A stretch of 64,000 bases of DNA, from sequence record OP991903.1, one strand, 5' to 3'. Below the pieces are notes generated by a model. The model did no database searches, had not been told where the DNA came from, and saw only the letters and a list, made by a program, of their open reading frames with translations. A program made the position numbers and the translations under genes. Positions 26,817-35,640 of the stretch are shown here, piece by piece. Every line of letters begins with the position of its first letter. The first letter of the stretch is position 1.

Positions 26817-27746
26817 ATGGCCGTTAAGATTAGTCCGGTAACCCGGACGGCGATTGGCAGCTTGCTGCAAGATAACTTGCTGGCTGGGAAACAACAACCC
26901 CTGTTGGCCGGTACGACCCTCAACGAATTGCTCCAGATTCAGCAGAACGCGATTCTGGGCCAGGGTGAAAATCCTCGTTTTGGTTACTACGCGATTGGTA
27001 ACAAAGGTCACACCTCGAGCATTGTCGACGGGACCGATACCATCATCGACCTGTACAAACATGCGCCCGAAGATTGTGCGTGCTGGAATCATATCCCGTT
27101 TGTGCTGCGCGAAGAAGCCAACGACCTGTCGGCTGACCTGCGTCTGAACTACGGCCTGCGCCGCAGCGAGCAGCACAACGGCAAGAACTACTTCGCGTAT
27201 TACCTGAAGCGTATTGACCTTTCCGGTACATCCGCCAAAGTCATGCACACCACGGTAGTCAACGGCGTTAGCAACACCGAAGAGTACGAGTTCAGTAATG
27301 CGAACCTGAACCCGGTGCGCCCGGTGGTGTTACCGGATGAAGCCACGACGACGGCTAACGACTTCCTGTCCACTACCATGCCAGTGACCATCGCCTTCGA
27401 CCTGTTCGACGTGAACGAGCTGTTCAACGTGGCGGCGGTGCTGTGGAACAATGAGAAGCGCGCTATCATCTCTGAGCTGGCGTTCTGCTCCGGTGTTGAC
27501 CGTAACATCCAAAGCGTTGGGGCCGGTGGTGCTGCCATCAACTTTAAAGAAGTCATCGGTTGCCAGGTGATTACGCACGTGACCACCTACAAACAGCTGT
27601 CCATCGACAACGAAGGCTTCAACATCAACATGGAAGTCGGTGCGACCGAACCGATGTTGACGGGTTCTGCGCTGTCCGCTGGAGCCAACAACGACCTGTT
27701 AGCGATGGCACGTTCTTCCCTGCTCTCTAACATCACCGTCAGCTAA
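26817..27746 (+). CDS. virion structural protein (phiKZ gp139-like)
   Basis: YYAIGNKGH and HIPFVLRE motifs; GGAG SD; high-expression codons. Confidence 0.6.
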   Translation: MAVKISPVTRTAIGSLLQDNLLAGKQQPLLAGTTLNELLQIQQNAILGQGENPRFGYYAIGNKGHTSSIVDGTDTIIDLYKHAPEDCACWNHIPFVLREEANDLSADLRLNYGLRRSEQHNGKNYFAYYLKRIDLSGTSAKVMHTTVVNGVSNTEEYEFSNANLNPVRPVVLPDEATTTANDFLSTTMPVTIAFDLFDVNELFNVAAVLWNNEKRAIISELAFCSGVDRNIQSVGAGGAAINFKEVIGCQVITHVTTYKQLSIDNEGFNINMEVGATEPMLTGSALSAGANNDLLAMARSSLLSNITVS

Positions 27747-27758
27747 TAAGGGGGCGTG

Positions 27759-28358
27759 ATGGATAACCTGACGCAAACGGGGGTTATTCGTGACGAGCTG
27801 GTCCGGTTGATTAGGGTGGCAAATCCTGAGGGGCCTAACTGGGCTCCCTCTGAGTTGTCTATCGAGTACAAGTCTTACGATTCCCAGACGGACAACAACA
27901 CCATCTGGGTCCGTGACTTGACCAACCGGTTCTTCAGCTACCGCGATTTCGAATACCACCGGGTGGAATTCTCGCTTTTGTTCAAAGGGATTACTCCCAT
28001 GGTGCAGGTTCGTGAAGGGGAAACGGTTGCGGCCGTCCTCAAGCGTTTCTGTATCCAATACGGGTTACCGCAGTACCTGGCTACCGACTTTGAAGACTCC
28101 TCGCTTTTTACGCAAACCGTCCATCTTATTGATGGAAGAGGGAACCTCACGGCGATATTCGCCGATGACTCGCTCGGTTGGCACGGGATTCTTGACATCG
28201 GTCTCTGGGACGGCGTTCCGCACCTGAACACTGCGATTAAGACCACCGACCTCGATGGCTTTACGCCGCCGAACAACGACCTCAGTGAAGCGATTATCTA
28301 CCCTACGCTCGCTGGCTACCGTTACCCCAGCCTCCCAGACGATGAGCAACCCGAATGA
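27759..28358 (+). CDS. virion tail-associated protein with two LxxAIxxxxLxG[FY]xxP motifs
   Basis: Paralog-like to the 25890 protein; C-terminal tandem motif. Confidence 0.55.
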   Translation: MDNLTQTGVIRDELVRLIRVANPEGPNWAPSELSIEYKSYDSQTDNNTIWVRDLTNRFFSYRDFEYHRVEFSLLFKGITPMVQVREGETVAAVLKRFCIQYGLPQYLATDFEDSSLFTQTVHLIDGRGNLTAIFADDSLGWHGILDIGLWDGVPHLNTAIKTTDLDGFTPPNNDLSEAIIYPTLAGYRYPSLPDDEQPE

Positions 28359-28705
28359 AACCACCAATTCAAATCTTGGCAAAAATTGCTGAGCAGGCCC
28401 ATGCCGTGAACAACGTCTGGACCAAAGAAGTCGGTAACGAAACCCGTCCGGAATGGAACACCCTGTCACAGGACGATAAAGAGCATTACATCCACGCGGT
28501 AGCCAACGCCATTGATTCCAAACTCTCCAGTCCAGCGGATGCCCACAAACAGTGGTCGACCTGGATGATGGAACAAGGGTGGGAACACGGTGACTACGAC
28601 AGAGAAGGGAAGAAACACCCTAACCTCGTGCCGTACGACCAGCTGCCTGAAACCGAAAAGGTAAAAGACATCCTTTTCATTGCGGTATGTAAACCGTTCT
28701 ACTAA
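28355..28705 (+). CDS. RyR (ryanodine-receptor repeat) domain protein
   Basis: AHKQW...GWEHG...GKKHPNLVPYDQLPETEKVKD matches the RyR consensus. Confidence 0.8.
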   Translation: MKPPIQILAKIAEQAHAVNNVWTKEVGNETRPEWNTLSQDDKEHYIHAVANAIDSKLSSPADAHKQWSTWMMEQGWEHGDYDREGKKHPNLVPYDQLPETEKVKDILFIAVCKPFY

Positions 28706-28740
28706 AAAGACGGGGGCACAGTCCCCCGCTTTTATTTTTT
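28706..28740 (+). terminator. intrinsic terminator
   Basis: cggggg-cacagt-cccccg plus T tract. Confidence 0.7.
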
Positions 28741-28756
28741 GTTCAGGAGGTTGCCC

Positions 28757-29317
28757 GTGGACGGGAATATTTTACGTGTTGTCGGGATTGACCCCGGTAG
28801 CCAGTCACTGGGGTTCTCGTACTTTGAGCACAACATCGAAACCAACGACCCCCGGTTAAAGTTTGCCCGTACCTTCCATGCGGAATCGGTGATGAAGTCG
28901 AATCCCCGGTTTGATATCTTTGGCGTGCGTGGGAAACGGTTGCGGTTGTGCGGTGAGTTCATCACGCGTCAATTGACCGAACTGAATCCCCACATCGTCT
29001 GTTGTGAAGATGCGTACCTGGGGCGCTTCCCTGCGGCGTTTCGTTCACTGGTCGAAGGGGTGGTCTGTATTCAGAACGCCGTGTACGCCTGGAATGAAGA
29101 GACCCGTTTGTGGTTAGTGGACCCGCCGACGGCGAAGATTGCTGTCGGTGCACCGGGACGCGGTGGTGGTAAAGATGCGGTACGGGATGCCCTCTTGAAG
29201 AACAAGGACTTCGCCTTTGAGGTAGAAGTGGACTTGTTAGACGAACACAGCGTTGACTCCGTTGCCATCGGGTGGTGGGGCCTCAAGCGCTGGATAGAAG
29301 AAAACCAACCGGAGTAA
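28757..29317 (+). CDS. ruvC: RuvC-like Holliday junction resolvase
   Basis: VVGIDPG, VCCED, K-x5-G-x3-K, DEHSVDSVAI; AGGAGG SD before GTG. Confidence 0.88.
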   Translation: MDGNILRVVGIDPGSQSLGFSYFEHNIETNDPRLKFARTFHAESVMKSNPRFDIFGVRGKRLRLCGEFITRQLTELNPHIVCCEDAYLGRFPAAFRSLVEGVVCIQNAVYAWNEETRLWLVDPPTAKIAVGAPGRGGGKDAVRDALLKNKDFAFEVEVDLLDEHSVDSVAIGWWGLKRWIEENQPE

Positions 29318-29320
29318 CCC

Positions 29321-30070
29321 GTGGATAAATTGATTCCTTTCTTCCTGGACATTGAAGGTCTTGATGGTGCAGGAAAAACAACGTTGCGCAATCTGATTAG
29401 TATTGCTTTACAAGACCAGGGCTACGATGTCGTTCTGGCTCGTGAGCCCGGCGGTACGCCGTTAGCGGAACAGTTCCGTGACCTGGTCAAGTACGGGCAG
29501 TCTAAGTACAATGAACCGATGACGGAACAGACTCGCCTCTGTCTCCTGAACGCCAGTCGCAGTCAACACCTGGAACACGTTATTCGTCCACACCTCGCCA
29601 AAGGCTCTGTAGTGCTCTGTGACCGTTTCTTCTGGTCAACCCTGGCCTACACAGACCCAGAGACGTACGAGCTCGCACAACAGCTCCACGTGCTGTTAGG
29701 GAATGACCTGGAACCGGACCTGATTATTTATCTGGACCTGGACCACAAAACGTCCCTGGCTCGGCGTAAAGCGCAGGAAGATGCACACTGGGAAGAATTG
29801 TTCCCCGGCGTACCGCGACGGGATGAACCCTGTGACATCGAAGCCAAGCTCGATACCCGCTACGAATCCGCTCGCTTAGTCTACCAAAATCTTGCTGCTA
29901 ACGCTCCTAATGCTGTGACATTGGATGCACGTCAACCGATGAGCACAGTCTTTGCTAAAGCAATGGAAGCGATTAGCAAGGTGCAAGCGAGGCTGAACGA
30001 AAATGAAAGTAAGCGAGCTGTTACAAGTGAAACCGACGACGCTGGGCGTCTCGGGGATTCAGCTCAGTAA
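29321..30070 (+). CDS. tmk: thymidylate kinase
   Basis: IEGLDGAGKTT P-loop, REPGGT, CDRF, PDLIIYLD. Confidence 0.93.
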   Translation: MDKLIPFFLDIEGLDGAGKTTLRNLISIALQDQGYDVVLAREPGGTPLAEQFRDLVKYGQSKYNEPMTEQTRLCLLNASRSQHLEHVIRPHLAKGSVVLCDRFFWSTLAYTDPETYELAQQLHVLLGNDLEPDLIIYLDLDHKTSLARRKAQEDAHWEELFPGVPRRDEPCDIEAKLDTRYESARLVYQNLAANAPNAVTLDARQPMSTVFAKAMEAISKVQARLNENESKRAVTSETDDAGRLGDSAQ

Positions 30071-30572
30071 CGGCAAGAGCTTAGTAGAAACCCTCCAGGG
30101 ATACGAAGAGCTTGCCGTCGCGTGTAGCGACTGCTTAATGTTGCAACACGTGATTGATTCTGTCGCTCTTTTGACCCCAGAGCACCAGGAGGAATTCATG
30201 AGTCTGGACGTAGATGATAAAACGGTGGAGAAAACACCCAACGCGGTGCCGCCGTTAACCGTGTCCCCTGAATACCAACGGGAAGCGAAAGTCCGGGCCG
30301 TGATTGGTGTGACCATGTGTGTGGTTCTCGCCCTCATGGCGCTGATGTTCGCGGCCACTATCTGTTGGGTGTCCATCGACCGCAAAGAGTTCCCGGACTG
30401 GTTCCTGGTTCTGGTGGTGGTTGGCCCTGTGATGGGGATTGGTTGGTTGTTCATGGGCTTAATCAACAAAGAGCGCCGTGACCTGATGTCGGTGGTGTTA
30501 GGTGACAGCCAGGCAGGTGGTGGATTTGTTGGGGCCTTCTTTGACTTCCTGGCCACACGACGAAAAGTCTAA
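30003..30572 (+). CDS. membrane protein with two C-terminal TM helices
   Basis: Hydrophobic AVIGVTMCVVLALMALMFAATICWV and WFLVLVVVGPVMGIGWLFMGLI. Confidence 0.65.
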   Translation: MKVSELLQVKPTTLGVSGIQLSNGKSLVETLQGYEELAVACSDCLMLQHVIDSVALLTPEHQEEFMSLDVDDKTVEKTPNAVPPLTVSPEYQREAKVRAVIGVTMCVVLALMALMFAATICWVSIDRKEFPDWFLVLVVVGPVMGIGWLFMGLINKERRDLMSVVLGDSQAGGGFVGAFFDFLATRRKV

Positions 30573-30580
30573 CGCTAACA

Positions 30581-30622
30581 ATGGCGGCGTTACCTTCGGG
30601 TAGCGCTGTCATTCTTTTATGC
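30581..30622 (+). terminator. hairpin followed by TTTTATGC
   Basis: atggcggcgttacc-ttcg-ggtagcgctgtcat-tcttttatgc. Confidence 0.7.
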
Positions 30623-30634
30623 TTCGAGGTACGT

Positions 30635-31414
30635 ATGCTAGAAATGGTGATGGGTGGGAAGAAGAAAATCGAGGTTCTTCCTAGCCAGGCGATGTGGGTT
30701 GCCGCCGGAACCTTTAACTGGGTTGTACCCGACGGCGTAAAGAGTATCAGCGCAGTGGCTATTGGTGCAGGGGCACATGGAGCGTACGGAACCTTTGACG
30801 GCGTGACCACGACCGTTGGTGGGGTCGGTGGCTCCCTGCGCTACAACAATGCGATTTCAGTTACCCCCGGTGAAACACTGACCATCATTGTCGGGGCGGG
30901 AACCAGTAACCTTGGGTATACAACCGGTGGGATTGGTTGGGTAGACGGTAAGGACACCAGTATCCTCCGCGGTTCCACCGTGCTTTTGAAAGCGTCTGGT
31001 GGTCGGGCAACCAAAGATGCAATGGTGGCCAACTCTCTGGGAGCCGGTGGCGGGGATGGTGGTGTAAGGATTGCAACCAGTAGTACCCAAGGTGCGCCGG
31101 GGTCCGGTACGGGCGGGTACTACGGAGACGGCGGTGGTACTACAGCAGGGGCAACTCCGACCGACACGACCGCGGGTAAGGCTGGTACCATGACCAGTAA
31201 CACCGTCAACGGCGTGAACATCAGTGGCGGGAACAACGGGGTGGGCTCACAGCTGTATGGGGCATTGGTCAAAGGTACTCGCTGTGGTGTATCCGCAGGG
31301 GTGGCTCGTCGTTCGAGTGACAACGCCCGTGCGTATGCCGGGGCAGGTGTGGGTGGCGTAAGAATCATGTGGGGTGACACGCGCGCATTCCCTGAAAATG
31401 CAGACGACGTATAA
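30635..31414 (+). CDS. glycine-rich tail-fibre-like virion protein
   Basis: GTFNWVVPDGVKSISAVAIGAG...GVRIMWG glycine-rich domain; starts MLEMVMGGKK. Confidence 0.65.
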   Translation: MLEMVMGGKKKIEVLPSQAMWVAAGTFNWVVPDGVKSISAVAIGAGAHGAYGTFDGVTTTVGGVGGSLRYNNAISVTPGETLTIIVGAGTSNLGYTTGGIGWVDGKDTSILRGSTVLLKASGGRATKDAMVANSLGAGGGDGGVRIATSSTQGAPGSGTGGYYGDGGGTTAGATPTDTTAGKAGTMTSNTVNGVNISGGNNGVGSQLYGALVKGTRCGVSAGVARRSSDNARAYAGAGVGGVRIMWGDTRAFPENADDV

Positions 31415-31423
31415 GGGGGAGGT

Positions 31424-32194
31424 ATGATTGAAGCGCTCTTGATGGGAAGAAGGAAACCGTCCGCAGCGTGGGCATTGGGCACTGAGATGTTGGCGTGGGA
31501 CTCGAGTATCTTCAGGGACACTGGTTTTGTCGATTACACCGGAAAAACTTTGAAGGTCACCAGTGTTATCCCAACCGCCGGTGCAGCAGTCCCCCCACTA
31601 TTACCTTCATTGGGTGCCGAAAGTTTTCAATACGGAAAGGGTGTGGAAATGGGACATGGTTCTGTCGCCACTCCACCCGGGACTATTACACCAGGATTTG
31701 TGACCAGTGCCTGGACGGTGGATTATTGGAAACGGGACTTGGACGTCCTTTCCCCGGTTAACAAACACCAACCGTTAGTCCCCCTGATTGTTTATCCCGA
31801 CCTCACGGTAAACGGCTACTGGACCAACCGGTTACAGTGTACCTTGGGGTACGCCAACACCGCCCGCTTGGTTGGGATTTGGAACAATCAGGCTGCGCCC
31901 AGAATCAACGGAATGAAACAGAACGATGCATTCTACGGCACCGACTGGAAACACATTGCAGTCATGTACTCTGGCGGCAAGGTTTACTTCTTCTGTAACG
32001 GGGTGTTGATTGACACGCTGACGTACACGATTCTGACTCCTACGGGTAACCAACAGGTTGGTATCATGTCGCAGTCTGTGGCGAACAGTCCCGATGTCAG
32101 GGGGATGGTAGAACGTTACCGACTGCGTGCCGGGGCACTGTTCCCGACCACCGGGTTCACTGCGGACACGGCAACCCTTTACCCCAGCGCGTAA
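31424..32194 (+). CDS. LamG/ConA-like lectin-domain virion protein
   Basis: WTVDYW, WKHIAVMYSGGKVYFFCNG; starts MIEALLMGRRK. Confidence 0.7.
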   Translation: MIEALLMGRRKPSAAWALGTEMLAWDSSIFRDTGFVDYTGKTLKVTSVIPTAGAAVPPLLPSLGAESFQYGKGVEMGHGSVATPPGTITPGFVTSAWTVDYWKRDLDVLSPVNKHQPLVPLIVYPDLTVNGYWTNRLQCTLGYANTARLVGIWNNQAAPRINGMKQNDAFYGTDWKHIAVMYSGGKVYFFCNGVLIDTLTYTILTPTGNQQVGIMSQSVANSPDVRGMVERYRLRAGALFPTTGFTADTATLYPSA

Positions 32195-32207
32195 CGAGGA
32201 TGAAACC

Positions 32208-32957
32208 ATGCAAGAACTTTTGTTAGCTGGGAAGAAAAGCGGTAAATACCCCGGGGCGACCACACCCATTGGACGATACGTCGACCCCAACAACAGTGCG
32301 CGTTTTACGGAGTTCTACGGAGAGGTGGCGAACAGCGCTATGCCCTCAGTAGCCGCATTGCGAGCACTCGGGGGTAATGTGGGGTCGGCTATCAACGCAA
32401 CCATCCCGTGGTTGAAATTCGGGATTGACGGTCGCCTCCTCTATACACCGAAGAAACCTATCACCTCTGCTTACGGGTGGAGTGCACTTTACTCTTCGGG
32501 TTTAGTCTGGGGGTCAAACGACAACGGGCTGTTCAACAACGGAACACCGCGTAACCAGTTACGGACCATCGTCTTGAACGGGGTCACGTATAAGGTCATG
32601 TTGTGGAACGTCCTGCAACCCGGTCTGGGTAAGCTCCCTTATAACGGGAACTACGCCAACCGAACGGAGATGCTGGGGTCGGATTGGATGCGATTGATTC
32701 CCAACATCGTTTCCACTACTGTCTCTGCGCAGGAAGGCCCGAAGTGGGAAACATATGACCCGGTAAACGACCTGATGCTGATTGGTGGTACCACTACACC
32801 CGGTGGATTACAGTTGTGTCGCGAGCAGGTCAATGCCAACGACAGCCTGGCCCGTGCCGCGACCGTCTGGAGTAGCATCTGGACAGTGGGTGCGCCTGTT
32901 ATCACTGACGTTCAGGCCTATTTAGGTTGGCGTCCTGTTTTGGAAATCATTCCTTAA
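32208..32957 (+). CDS. phiKZ gp131-135-like tail-associated protein
   Basis: FYGEV, WLKF, GVTYKVML, GWRPVLE; starts MQELLLAGKK. Confidence 0.65.
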   Translation: MQELLLAGKKSGKYPGATTPIGRYVDPNNSARFTEFYGEVANSAMPSVAALRALGGNVGSAINATIPWLKFGIDGRLLYTPKKPITSAYGWSALYSSGLVWGSNDNGLFNNGTPRNQLRTIVLNGVTYKVMLWNVLQPGLGKLPYNGNYANRTEMLGSDWMRLIPNIVSTTVSAQEGPKWETYDPVNDLMLIGGTTTPGGLQLCREQVNANDSLARAATVWSSIWTVGAPVITDVQAYLGWRPVLEIIP

Positions 32958-32967
32958 GGGGTAGACC

Positions 32968-33675
32968 ATGTTAGAAGCCATACTCCTCGGTAAGAAGAAC
33001 GGATTTGTTCCGGGTGAGCAGCCCTATATCGGTTATAATTTCGAGAAAGGACTATCGACCGGCAAACAGGTTATCAGTCTCACTAACCTGATTGCTAGTG
33101 ATGTGGTCACACCACCGGTAGCCCTTTCGGGGTACAGTAAAGCACTGTTCACGGGAACCAAACAGTTCCCCATCATCCCGTTGACGTCAATGGATGTAGG
33201 GACCGGGGATTTCACGATTGAATTTCCTTTCTATTGTACCCAGACCAGTAATGGTTATACGACTTTGATGTACCAACGCCCGAATACATCCAGTTGGGGC
33301 GGATTAATCATTCGCTTTGGGGATAACGGGTACGGTAACCGCTTACAGGTTTCGACCCAACCTGATATAGGTAACTCGAACTACTCAACCAGTACAACGC
33401 GAGCAACCGGGACCAATCGCTGGATACATTTCGTCATGCAGCGACGTAACGGGAAAATCTCCGTCTACCTGAATGGGGTGAAACAAGGATTGGCGGTATT
33501 CACGGGGAGCGATTACAGCCTGACTGAACGGGACTCGTTGACTAACATTGCGGCGTCAACCATCTTTCAGATTGGCGATGGTACTGCTTCCAACCTTTAT
33601 ATCCCGGAGTTTGCCTGCTATCGCAAGGCAAGGTATAGCGCCAACTTCACACCTTCCTTTCCCATCGCAGCATAA
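32968..33675 (+). CDS. LamG/ConA-like lectin-domain virion protein
   Basis: GTGDFTIEF, WIHFVMQRRNGKISVYLNG, ARYSANFTP; starts MLEAILLGKK. Confidence 0.7.
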   Translation: MLEAILLGKKNGFVPGEQPYIGYNFEKGLSTGKQVISLTNLIASDVVTPPVALSGYSKALFTGTKQFPIIPLTSMDVGTGDFTIEFPFYCTQTSNGYTTLMYQRPNTSSWGGLIIRFGDNGYGNRLQVSTQPDIGNSNYSTSTTRATGTNRWIHFVMQRRNGKISVYLNGVKQGLAVFTGSDYSLTERDSLTNIAASTIFQIGDGTASNLYIPEFACYRKARYSANFTPSFPIAA

Positions 33676-33722
33676 AACCCCTGAGGACCTTCGGGTCCTC
33701 AGGAGGTTCTTTTTTTTTATTT
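33670..33722. terminator. bidirectional terminator
   Basis: gcataaaacc-cctgaggacc-ttcg-ggtcctcagg plus T tract. Confidence 0.85.
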
Positions 33723-34301
33723 TTTATCGGGCAGTTGAACGCGGTCGTAACCATTGGGGTCGGCAACAGTTCGGTTGTATTCATCAACGGCGCGCTGCCA
33801 ACTCAAGAGGGTATCTTGAGCGCCTTTGAGTTGAACGGCACATTGGTTGGCGCGTTTAGCTTCGCCTGCAAAAAAGTCTCGAGCCTGGTCTGAAAGTTGG
33901 GCTCGATAGGTTGCATTATTGCCGGGTCCAGCGGTGGCAGTACCAGCGGCTTTGGTTTCGCCTGGGGTACCAGGACTGGCTTTGACGTACACCCCAGCAT
34001 TAGTGAGGTTATGCAGACGAGCATCAGCATCGTCATTGTTTTTGAAGCCACCTTGAAGAATGAGGTTAATCGCATTGGTATCTCCAAGCAGTCTGGCGTT
34101 TATCCCACCGACCTGCGTGTTAATTTGATTGGTCAGGATAGTCCCCAATTGCGTGGAAACACTCGAGACCGCCGAGTCGACCGCCGTGGTCTTCTCTTTT
34201 TCAATGTGTCCGCCGAACCAGTACGTGAAGGTCAGGGTCGCAATCCAGATGACCCCGTACAACACTTTACTGCCGACAGCCGCTTCCAGTTTTTCGAACA
34301 T
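33717..34301 (-). CDS. Rz: inner-membrane spanin (Rz-like)
   Basis: Single N-terminal TM, periplasmic helix, C-terminal LSDQARDFFAGEAKRANQCAVQL typical of i-spanins; contains an embedded lipoprotein gene. Confidence 0.8.
   Translation of the reverse strand: MFEKLEAAVGSKVLYGVIWIATLTFTYWFGGHIEKEKTTAVDSAVSSVSTQLGTILTNQINTQVGGINARLLGDTNAINLILQGGFKNNDDADARLHNLTNAGVYVKASPGTPGETKAAGTATAGPGNNATYRAQLSDQARDFFAGEAKRANQCAVQLKGAQDTLLSWQRAVDEYNRTVADPNGYDRVQLPDKK
33803..34075 (-). CDS. Rz1: outer-membrane lipoprotein spanin (Rz1-like), embedded in +1 frame
   Basis: GGAGA SD 5 nt before ATG; signal peptide ending SLMLG-C29; Pro-rich mature region KPVLVPQAKPKPLVLPPLDP. Confidence 0.85.
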   Translation of the reverse strand: MRLTSFFKVASKTMTMLMLVCITSLMLGCTSKPVLVPQAKPKPLVLPPLDPAIMQPIEPNFQTRLETFLQAKLNAPTNVPFNSKALKIPS

Positions 34302-34310
34302 GGTTACACC

Positions 34311-35564
34311 TTACGGTTTGCTGATGTAGAGCAAATGCGCTGCGGGACGTTTGAGCGGACGATTAGTCTCGTTCTGGTCACGCAACAGTTGGTAGTTCGT
34401 ACCGAGGTTGTCTTCCTTGGTTGTTGTTTTCCAGATACGGTTGAACATCTGGTTGTTCGGTACCGCCAGGGCATTGAACCCCCATTGGTAACTGACGTTG
34501 TACGCCACCACATACCCGTTACCAATCATCACCGGGACGTCGGGGTCAGCGTCGTTAGGTGCACGGTATAAACCCGGTTGGTCAGTCTCACCAAGACGAA
34601 CCTTCTCCACGGTGATACCCGTCGTTGGGATAACCACAAAGAACGTTTGGCTCATGGTCAGTACAGCACGCACAAACGCATCGGTGTGGAACTCCCCTTC
34701 CACGAACTTGGCCGGGTCATTAACGTCCATGGTCATTGGTAGTGCCGACAAATCCATCAGGGTATAGTTGTCGATGAACCACTCAACCAGGTCGTAGTGT
34801 TTCAGAGTCAACCGCACTCGCGTGGAGCTCACCATGTCAAAGGACGAGTTCAGGGGATACAGCATCCCGCCGATAACCACGAACAGGGTTTTCCCTTCCA
34901 GCGTTTCCGGGAGGTCAATGTACAGACTGTCCTCAAGACCGATGGTGTCCTTGGTGGAACGAATCATTTCGTTGGTAATCGGTAACAGCGTCACCCCACC
35001 CAATGACGAGAAGTCCAGCACTGTTACCCGGTTGTCGTTCCCTTTGGTGACCGTACGACCACCGTCAAACAACACGATACCGTCTTCGGTGTAGTCAGAC
35101 TTGTGGAACAACCCGTTGACCGCAAAGAGCGCATTCGCCTGGAGGCGTCGATAATCACTGATATCATTATGGTAGACCAACAAGTCAATCTTCTGGTCCG
35201 GAAGCAATTCGGTATCCGGATGGAAGTTGTTGTTGAACCCTTTCAGTGCGTAGCCGTATGCCCCGGCGTAATAGGACGCCACGCGGGGAGTCGTTGAGCG
35301 GGTAGCGGGACTGTCGGTTAAGACGATTAACCCTACCGCAATCTCCAGGTAGGCCTTCAGGGTCATGGCTGAACTGCGGGTCACCACCGGGAGAGAATAA
35401 AGGTCGAGGTAGCCGTTGGTATCGGCTACGGTGTCGTACACCCGTACGATAGCGGCCGAGTAGCGCTTAAACGATTGAAACATCGGCACGTCCGCCAAGT
35501 TGGCGGTTTGCCACCCGCCAGATGTCCCGGCGGCTATAACTTGGGCGGAAATCACACGTAGCAT
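34311..35564 (-). CDS. virion structural protein
   Basis: 417 aa, divergent from the tail fibre gene, CAGGAG SD. Confidence 0.55.
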   Translation of the reverse strand: MLRVISAQVIAAGTSGGWQTANLADVPMFQSFKRYSAAIVRVYDTVADTNGYLDLYSLPVVTRSSAMTLKAYLEIAVGLIVLTDSPATRSTTPRVASYYAGAYGYALKGFNNNFHPDTELLPDQKIDLLVYHNDISDYRRLQANALFAVNGLFHKSDYTEDGIVLFDGGRTVTKGNDNRVTVLDFSSLGGVTLLPITNEMIRSTKDTIGLEDSLYIDLPETLEGKTLFVVIGGMLYPLNSSFDMVSSTRVRLTLKHYDLVEWFIDNYTLMDLSALPMTMDVNDPAKFVEGEFHTDAFVRAVLTMSQTFFVVIPTTGITVEKVRLGETDQPGLYRAPNDADPDVPVMIGNGYVVAYNVSYQWGFNALAVPNNQMFNRIWKTTTKEDNLGTNYQLLRDQNETNRPLKRPAAHLLYISKP

Positions 35565-35640
35565 GAGCTAACTCCTGAAAACGGTTAAATTCTATGTCTA
35601 CCCATCCGGCCGGGTGAATAAACCTCGAGGAACTTTTTCC

